Made by a program: the position numbers and the translations under genes
Source: an uncultured Gemmatimonadaceae bacterium
GTDB taxonomy: Bacteria; Gemmatimonadota; Gemmatimonadetes; Gemmatimonadales; Gemmatimonadaceae
NCBI GenBank assembly: GCA_963817955.1
Contig: CAWFQK010000002.1
Location: 1,024,001 to 1,088,000 of the forward strand
Direction: 5' to 3'
Length of the DNA stretch: 64,000 nucleotides
The notes under the pieces: generated by a model
Databases searched by the model: none
What the model was told of the DNA's origin: nothing
Seen by the model: the letters and a program-made list of their open reading frames with translations, nothing else
Part shown: piece by piece, positions 57,924 through 64,000 of the stretch
Layout of the letters: each line of letters opens with the position of its first letter
How positions within the stretch are numbered: the first letter of the stretch is position 1

Positions 57924-57967
57924 CGATATAACGCCCGATATATCGTAACAGACAACCGATATATCGG
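57924..57967. promoter_or_regulatory. Three palindromic operator boxes upstream of padR
   Basis: CGATATAACG 57924, CGATATATCG 57936, CGATATATCG 57957. Confidence 0.8.
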
Positions 57968-57975
57968 AGATTCGT

Positions 57976-58572
57976 ATGTGCGGACCGTTTGGATTTGCCT
58001 TTGGGGCAGCGAGTTGCGGGGAGCGGCGCGGCCGCTGGAATTGGGAATCGTTCGCCGAAGGGCTTGGCGGCCCGCAGCGCGGCCGCGGTCACTGGCGCGG
58101 GCGCGCCGCTCGCCTGTTTGAGCAAGGCGACCTGAAGTACGTCATTCTCCGCCTGCTCGAAGAAAAGCCGCGGCATGGCTACGACATCATCAAAGAGCTG
58201 GAGAGCCGGTTTGGCGGGTCGTATGCGCCGAGCCCAGGCACTGTCTATCCAACACTGACAATGCTCGAGGATCTCGGCTTCGCACGTGTGGTGCCCGAAG
58301 AAGGTGGCAAGAAGATCTTCGAGATCACCGACGAGGGAAGAAAGCACCTCGCCGAGCACAGCACGACAGTGAATGATATCTTCGACCGTATTGCCCGGTT
58401 CGTCGAGGGGTTCACTGACACCCCAATGACCGAGTTGAACCAGGCTTTTCAGAGACTCGCTCGCGCCACATACAAGACAGCAACGTCCCATATTAATGAC
58501 AAAGATAGGCTCGACAAACTGCGAGAGATCCTCCAGCGAGCGGCAGACGAGATGGAAGCAGCAACGAAGTAG
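57976..58572 (+). CDS. PadR family transcriptional regulator (YqjI-like)
   Basis: GDLKYVILRLLEEKPRHGYDII, PSPGTVYPTL, ITDEG. Confidence 0.93.
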   Translation: MCGPFGFAFGAASCGERRGRWNWESFAEGLGGPQRGRGHWRGRAARLFEQGDLKYVILRLLEEKPRHGYDIIKELESRFGGSYAPSPGTVYPTLTMLEDLGFARVVPEEGGKKIFEITDEGRKHLAEHSTTVNDIFDRIARFVEGFTDTPMTELNQAFQRLARATYKTATSHINDKDRLDKLREILQRAADEMEAATK

Positions 58573-58638
58573 TTGCCACCTAAGCACTTGCCGCCCGTCC
58601 CACGCTGGACGGGCCACCGCCAGCCGCTAGATTCATCG

Positions 58639-58669
58639 ATGGGTCGCGAATTTCTTCGCGACCCATTTT
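58639..58669 (+). terminator. Terminator-like hairpin between padR and kup
   Basis: ATGGGTCGCGAA-TTTC-TTCGCGACCCAT-TTT. Confidence 0.7.
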
Positions 58670-58739
58670 GCGTAATGCCGTTGCGTTCGTCTGCTCCGGA
58701 ACTTCACGCGATCAAGCGGGTTCGCCCGCAGCTCTTTAC

Positions 58740-60824
58740 ATGACAGCCACGTCCTCCGACGCCACCGACTCACCGGGTGATCCCCGATCCAATCAGGCGC
58801 AGCCAACGCACGAAAGCCAACCCGGTAGTGTCCTTCCTCCAGCCTCGACGGTGACGAGCGGATTTCACGCCGCGGTACCGCAGCGGCAGCACGTCGAGAC
58901 ACACCCTACCGGTAAGCGGCTCGGGCTGCTTTCCCTCACGGCGCTCGGCATCGTCTACGGCGACATCGGCACCAGCCCGTTGTACGCGCTGCAGCAATGC
59001 TTCTCGTCGAAGGAATTCGCGATGCATCCGACGACGGAAAACGTCTTCGGCATTCTGTCGCTGATCGTCTGGCTCCTCATTCTCGTCGTCGCGGTCAAGT
59101 ACATCGTCTTCATCATGCGCGCCGACAACCGCGGTGAAGGGGGCATCCTTGCGCTGATGGCCCTCATTCTCCAGCAGGAGCGCCGCAGTACCGACTCGCG
59201 GCGCCGGCTGATCCTCATCTCGCTCGGACTCTTTGGAGCGGCGCTCCTCTATGGCGACGGCATCATCACGCCAGCCATCTCAGTGCTATCGGCGGTCGAG
59301 GGTTTGCACGTCGCGACGCCGGCCTTCGACCAGTACATCGTCCCGATGTCGGTCGTCATCCTATTCGCCCTGTTCACCGTCCAGCGGTTCGGCACGCGCC
59401 GCGTCGGCACCGCGTTTGGGCCGATCATGCTGCTCTGGTTCACGACGATCGGTGCGCTCGGCATCGTCGAGGTCGTGCGCGAGCCACGGATCCTTGGTGC
59501 ATTGAACCCGTGGCATGGCGTGAACTTCTTCATCGCCAATGGTCGCGTTGGATTTCTCACCCTCGGTGCGGTCGTGCTCGCGGTCACCGGCGCCGAGGCG
59601 CTGTATGCGGACATGGGCCACTTCGGCACACGTCCGATCCGCCTCGCATGGTTCGCGCTCGTGCTGCCCGCGCTCCTGATCAATTACTTGGGCCAGGGCG
59701 CGCTGCTCATTCGCGACCCCAGTGCCGTCGTCAACCCGTTCTTTCATCTTGCGCCGCGCGCGATGCTCATTCCGCTCGTCGTGCTGGCGACTCTCGCCGC
59801 AGTCATCGCCTCCCAGGCGCTGATCTCGGGCGCGTTCTCCCTCACGCAGCAAAGCGTGCAACTCGGGTATTCGCCCCGCATGACGGTGGTGCACACATCG
59901 GCACAGGTCGCGGGACAGATCTTCATTCCCGAAGTGAACCGGCTGCTCATGATCGGGTGCCTCCTGCTCGTCATTTTCTTCAAGAGCTCACAGTCGCTCG
60001 GCGCCGCGTACGGCATTGCAGTCACGGGCACGATGGGCATCACGTCGCTCCTTTTCTACGTGGTGGCGCGTGGCCGGTGGAACTGGTCGCTGGGGCACAT
60101 TGTTCCGATCACGGCGGCGTTCCTGATGATCGACATCGGGTTGTTCTCGGCGAACATCATCAAGATCGAGTACGGCGGTTGGGTGCCGATCGCAATCGCG
60201 ATCCTGGTGTTCACGTTGCTCAGCACCTGGAAGACGGGCCGCCACCTCCTCAACCAAGCGCTGCACGCCGGTGCGCTACCACTCGACCTGTTCCTGGGCG
60301 ACGTCGGCCGTCGCAAGCCGTTGCGCGTCCCCGGCACCGCGGTATTCATGACGTCGTCGAATGACGGCGTGCCCGTCGTGCTCCTGCATCACCTGAAACA
60401 CAACAAGGTGCTGCACGAGCAGGTAATCCTCATGTCCGTACTGACCGAGGAAATTCCCGAGGCCAACGCGTTGGAGCGTGTCACGGTCGACAAGCTCGAA
60501 CACGGCTTCTATCGCGTGACGGCGCGTTACGGCTTCATGGAACAGCCAAACGTTCCGCAGATTCTGCAATTGGCGCGCGAATTCGGCATCACGGCCAAGC
60601 CGAACGACACAACGTTCTATCTCGGCCGCGAGCGCATCATCATATCCGACGGCGAGCGTAAACCGGGCACCCGTCGTGCCCCCGACGACATTGGCCTCCC
60701 TCGTATGGCGCGGTGGCGCAAGAAGTTGTTTGTTCTCATGTCGCGCAACGCCCGATCCGCCACCGAATTCTTCGGCATCCCGCCCAACCGCGTCGTCGAG
60801 CTGGGAGCGCAGGTGGAATTCTGA
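58740..60824 (+). CDS. kup: Potassium transporter Kup
   Basis: GIVYGDIGTSPLYA, GEGG, YGDGIITPAIS, GAEALYADMGHF, VVELGAQVEF; start uncertain. Confidence 0.96.
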   Translation: MTATSSDATDSPGDPRSNQAQPTHESQPGSVLPPASTVTSGFHAAVPQRQHVETHPTGKRLGLLSLTALGIVYGDIGTSPLYALQQCFSSKEFAMHPTTENVFGILSLIVWLLILVVAVKYIVFIMRADNRGEGGILALMALILQQERRSTDSRRRLILISLGLFGAALLYGDGIITPAISVLSAVEGLHVATPAFDQYIVPMSVVILFALFTVQRFGTRRVGTAFGPIMLLWFTTIGALGIVEVVREPRILGALNPWHGVNFFIANGRVGFLTLGAVVLAVTGAEALYADMGHFGTRPIRLAWFALVLPALLINYLGQGALLIRDPSAVVNPFFHLAPRAMLIPLVVLATLAAVIASQALISGAFSLTQQSVQLGYSPRMTVVHTSAQVAGQIFIPEVNRLLMIGCLLLVIFFKSSQSLGAAYGIAVTGTMGITSLLFYVVARGRWNWSLGHIVPITAAFLMIDIGLFSANIIKIEYGGWVPIAIAILVFTLLSTWKTGRHLLNQALHAGALPLDLFLGDVGRRKPLRVPGTAVFMTSSNDGVPVVLLHHLKHNKVLHEQVILMSVLTEEIPEANALERVTVDKLEHGFYRVTARYGFMEQPNVPQILQLAREFGITAKPNDTTFYLGRERIIISDGERKPGTRRAPDDIGLPRMARWRKKLFVLMSRNARSATEFFGIPPNRVVELGAQVEF

Positions 60825-60866
60825 CCGAACGGTGAGAAGGTTACGAGCGGCAGCCCTGGTCCGCGC

Positions 60867-61880
60867 CTACCATTCTACCCGGTTCCCCAGCCTCCCCAGC
60901 ACCCGGCCCGCTTCCTCCAGCGCACCGCCGGTGGCGATACGCGCAGTCTCGAGCGTGCGACGAACTTCGTCGCCCATCCTCGCACCGTCGATGCGCGCGA
61001 CCATGGAAGGAATCATGAAGCTGTCGCCGCCCATGATCGTCATCGCGCTGTTGTGCCGCGGAAGGTCGCTCAAGCGCGCGGCTTTCACCTTCACATTGCG
61101 ATACTGGCCGTTGTAGTAGACGCGCAGTTCCACATCGTCACCAGGCCGCACTTTTCCGACTTCTCGTTCGAGACGGCTGACGGTTGACGGACGCATCATC
61201 AGTTCATCGTCGCCGCCGCGCCTGGCGCGGACGTCGACGCCATTGATCGATGCGATGCGGCTTCCCTCCTCAATGCCTGCCTTCGCCGCCGGACTTCCAT
61301 CCTCCACCGACATGACGAACACGCCAATCGTATCGCGCGCATTTCCGGTCGTGGCGATGTTCACGCCGAGCGTGGCACGGTCCTCGAGTTTCCGCGCCGC
61401 CGGCGCCGCGTACAGATCGTCCGGCGAAACGCTCTTGACCCTGACGTTCTTCGTTTGACCGTTCGCGTAAACCCGGAGATCGACATCGTCGCCGGGTTTG
61501 AGCTTGTTGAGCTCGCGCGAGAGACGGCGCGACATCACTCCCGCCATCTCTTCGTCGCCGATATCGGCAGCCGCGAGCTTGAGGCTGACGCCATTGACAG
61601 ATACGATGCGGTTGCCCTCCTCCAGACCGGCCTTTTCCGCCGGGCTGCCGCCACGCACGTTCGTGACGAGCACGCCAAGGGTGTCGCGGGCCACGGAGCC
61701 GCTATTCGTCGTTACTCCGATGACTGCGCGTGGCGCGTTGAACTGGGGCAGCCCAACCGGCCGAACCATTTGTGTTGCTGAGCCGGGTTGAATGCGTATC
61801 GTGCGGGGCTCCTGTGCGGAGAGCGCCGATGTCATCGCGGTCGTCGCCAGGACCGTTGGTAGCAGTGCAGGGAATCGCAT
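60867..61880 (-). CDS. Secreted tandem-PDZ protein without protease domain
   Basis: Signal peptide; two similar PDZ units (GSPAEKAGLEEG / GSPAAKAGIEEG); GAGG RBS. Confidence 0.85.
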   Translation of the reverse strand: MRFPALLPTVLATTAMTSALSAQEPRTIRIQPGSATQMVRPVGLPQFNAPRAVIGVTTNSGSVARDTLGVLVTNVRGGSPAEKAGLEEGNRIVSVNGVSLKLAAADIGDEEMAGVMSRRLSRELNKLKPGDDVDLRVYANGQTKNVRVKSVSPDDLYAAPAARKLEDRATLGVNIATTGNARDTIGVFVMSVEDGSPAAKAGIEEGSRIASINGVDVRARRGGDDELMMRPSTVSRLEREVGKVRPGDDVELRVYYNGQYRNVKVKAARLSDLPRHNSAMTIMGGDSFMIPSMVARIDGARMGDEVRRTLETARIATGGALEEAGRVLGRLGNRVEW

Positions 61881-61987
61881 AACACCTCATGAAACGTTTG
61901 GGATGTGCTCATGAGTCACTGCGAACCGGTTGAAGGGTTTCCATCGGTCATCTACCCGCCCTTCTCTTCCCGTCCTAGCTTGCTGCC

Positions 61988-63115
61988 ATGGACAGTTCGC
62001 CCACCCCCGACCTCGACGCGTTCGAGCAACACTGGCAGGACGAGGCCGACGCCGCGTACCTGTATCGCCTGTTGTCCGCCGCCGAGCCGGATCCGAAGAA
62101 GAAGGACGTGTATCTGCGCCTCGCGCAGGTTGAGGATCGTCACGTAGAGGTGTGGGGCCACTTGCTGCGCGCGCACGAGCGCGAGCCGGGTCGCTTTCGT
62201 CCGAGCACGCGCACGCGCATGCTTGCTCGCCTCAGCAAACTGTTCGGCCCGGGGTTCCTGCTCCCCATGCTACTCGCCGAAGAAGGGCGCGAGGTCAAAG
62301 GGTACCTCGACATGCATCGCCGCACGAGCAAGAGCGCGCCGGGCGCCCGCGAGTCGTTAGCCCTGGCACGCGAATCGGCGGAGCATGCGCAAACGCTCAC
62401 GTCCATTTCCGGCAAGTCTGGAGAGCCCTGGCACCGGGCGGAATCCGGTGGGTTCCTGCGCAACGTCGTCTATGGCTTCAACGACGGGTTGACGGCGAAC
62501 TTCGGATTAGTGGCCGGCGTGATTGGCGCCGCATCGCAGACGGCCCACCACACGGTGATCGTCGCGGGCCTCTCCGGGGTCATCGCCGATGCGCTGTCGA
62601 TGGGATCGAGCGGGTTTCTCGCCGCAAAGAGCGAACTGGAGGTATACGCCAACGAGATCGCCATGGAGCGCGACGAGATCGCGCTCATGCCCGAGATCGA
62701 GCGCGACGAGCTCGCACTGATCTATGAGGCAAAGGGCATGTCGGCGGAGTCGGCGCACGCGCTGGCAACGGACGTGATGGCCGATCCACAGCGCATGCTC
62801 GATGAACAGGTGACGCAGGAGCTCGGCATTGGCGACCCCCATATGTCACCGCTGCGCGAAGCGTGGGTCACCGGTACCGCGACGGCGATCGGTGCGCTCA
62901 TCCCCGTCTTCCCTTTCCTCATCTGGTCGGGGACCACGGCGATTCTCGTGTCGTTCGGGATCGCGATGGCGTCGCACTGGATCGTTGGCGCGGCGCGCTC
63001 GGTGTTCACCGGTCGCAGCGTCTTTCGCTCGGGGCTCGACATGTTCGTGGTCGGACTCGGTGTGGCCGCCGCCGGCTATTTCGTCGGCGAATGGGTCGGG
63101 CGGCTGATCGCCTGA
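61988..63115 (+). CDS. VIT1/CCC1 transporter with N-terminal ferritin/rubrerythrin-like domain
   Basis: QDEADAAYLY...EDRH...ESAEH; LRNVVYGFNDGL, ALSMG. Confidence 0.88.
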   Translation: MDSSPTPDLDAFEQHWQDEADAAYLYRLLSAAEPDPKKKDVYLRLAQVEDRHVEVWGHLLRAHEREPGRFRPSTRTRMLARLSKLFGPGFLLPMLLAEEGREVKGYLDMHRRTSKSAPGARESLALARESAEHAQTLTSISGKSGEPWHRAESGGFLRNVVYGFNDGLTANFGLVAGVIGAASQTAHHTVIVAGLSGVIADALSMGSSGFLAAKSELEVYANEIAMERDEIALMPEIERDELALIYEAKGMSAESAHALATDVMADPQRMLDEQVTQELGIGDPHMSPLREAWVTGTATAIGALIPVFPFLIWSGTTAILVSFGIAMASHWIVGAARSVFTGRSVFRSGLDMFVVGLGVAAAGYFVGEWVGRLIA

Positions 63116-63128
63116 CGTGATGCAACGG

Positions 63129-63154
63129 AATGGCCTCGCGTTCGCGAGGCCATT
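63129..63154. terminator. Hairpin between convergent genes
   Basis: AATGGCCTCGCG-TT-CGCGAGGCCATT. Confidence 0.75.
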
Positions 63155-63162
63155 TCAGTCGA

Positions 63163-64000
63163 TCACACCACGATGTTCAGCAACCGCCCCGGCACGAAGA
63201 TCACCTTCTTCGGCGGACCGATCACGAACTTGGCGATGGTCGGATCCGACATCGCCGCCTCGAGCGCCGCGGCCTGATCGCTGCCGAGTGGCACCTGAAT
63301 CGTGCCGCGCGTCTTCCCGCCCACCTGAACGGCGATCGTCAGCAGATCCTCCGCCGCCAACGATGCGTCGAAGGCCGGCCACCCGGCATCGAACACGCTC
63401 TCGGCGTGCCCATACCTTTCCCACAGTTCTTCGGCGATGTGCGGCGCGAAGGGAGAGATGAGCTGGACCAACGGCTCCACTTCGTCACGATGCGCCGTCC
63501 GCTCACCCCGCCGCACCACGTTGAGATACTCCATCATGGCGGCAACTGCCGTGTTGTAACTCAGCGCCGGGATATCGGAGGACACTTTCTTGATCGTCTG
63601 GTGCAGCTTGCGCAACACTAGCGTTTCCGGCGTGCCCTCGCTGGTGGCATCCGAGACTGACGACCAGAGCCGATCGAGAAAACGGCGAACGCCCGCTATG
63701 CTCTGATCGCGGAAGTCACCTCCCTCCTCATACGGACCGAGGAACATGAGGTACGTCCGGAACGTGTCCGCTCCCCAGCGCTCGACGTACTCGTCGGGAT
63801 TCACCACGTTGCCGCGACTCTTCGACATTTTCGCGCCGTCGCGAATGATCATGCCATGAGCACGGAACTTCGCGAACGGCTCCTCAAAGTCGAGATGTCC
63901 CGCATCGCGCAGTACCATGGTCACGAACCGCGAATACAGCAGGTGCAGCACCGCGTGCTCGTTCCCGCCGATGTACGACGTGACAGGCAGCCATTTCCTC
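63163..64000 (-). CDS. leuS: Leucine--tRNA ligase, C-terminal part (5' end outside window)
   Basis: YIGGNEHAVLHLLYSRF, KMSKS, PFAPHIAEELW, VPGRLLNIVV. Confidence 0.97.
   Translation of the reverse strand, partial: RKWLPVTSYIGGNEHAVLHLLYSRFVTMVLRDAGHLDFEEPFAKFRAHGMIIRDGAKMSKSRGNVVNPDEYVERWGADTFRTYLMFLGPYEEGGDFRDQSIAGVRRFLDRLWSSVSDATSEGTPETLVLRKLHQTIKKVSSDIPALSYNTAVAAMMEYLNVVRRGERTAHRDEVEPLVQLISPFAPHIAEELWERYGHAESVFDAGWPAFDASLAAEDLLTIAVQVGGKTRGTIQVPLGSDQAAALEAAMSDPTIAKFVIGPPKKVIFVPGRLLNIVV

Noticed and set aside
58573..58739. c-di-AMP (ydaO) riboswitch before kup
   Set aside because: The conserved ydaO sequence blocks are not apparent

Overview
High-GC bacterial chromosomal segment. The gene repertoire suggests Gemmatimonadota, but this is inferred, not proven. 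About 60 CDS run from a 5'-truncated M1 aminopeptidase to the 3' part of leuS. Content includes many secreted peptidases (M1 x2, a metzincin, M61-PDZ, M42, M28-PDZ) with an OPT transporter, fadN-thiolase, four type IV minor-pilin genes, udgX-alkA, nth, a SET protein, an HDAC-family deacetylase, an Lnb/DUF4105 acyltransferase, a diheme PufC-like cytochrome, an ECF sigma-TolC-MacA-MacB-permease operon, padR, kup and a ferritin-like/VIT1 fusion. I saw no rRNA, tRNA, CRISPR array or transposase. The most unusual signals are non-coding. (1) A ~450-bp element at 45400-45863 has a 12-bp flanking direct repeat and long inverted repeats enclosing what looks like a truncated GxxExxY gene. (2) In-register heptamer arrays (GGGACAC)n sit at gene ends and, in inverted orientation, bracket one methyltransferase gene. 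(3) A 36-nt REP-like palindrome occurs twice. (4) At least nine genes have TANNNT 6-7 nt before ATG, suggesting leaderless expression. (5) There is a Ca2+/H+ antiporter C-terminal remnant, plus small proteins missing from the ORF track. Functional calls come from motif recognition by eye; no searches were run.
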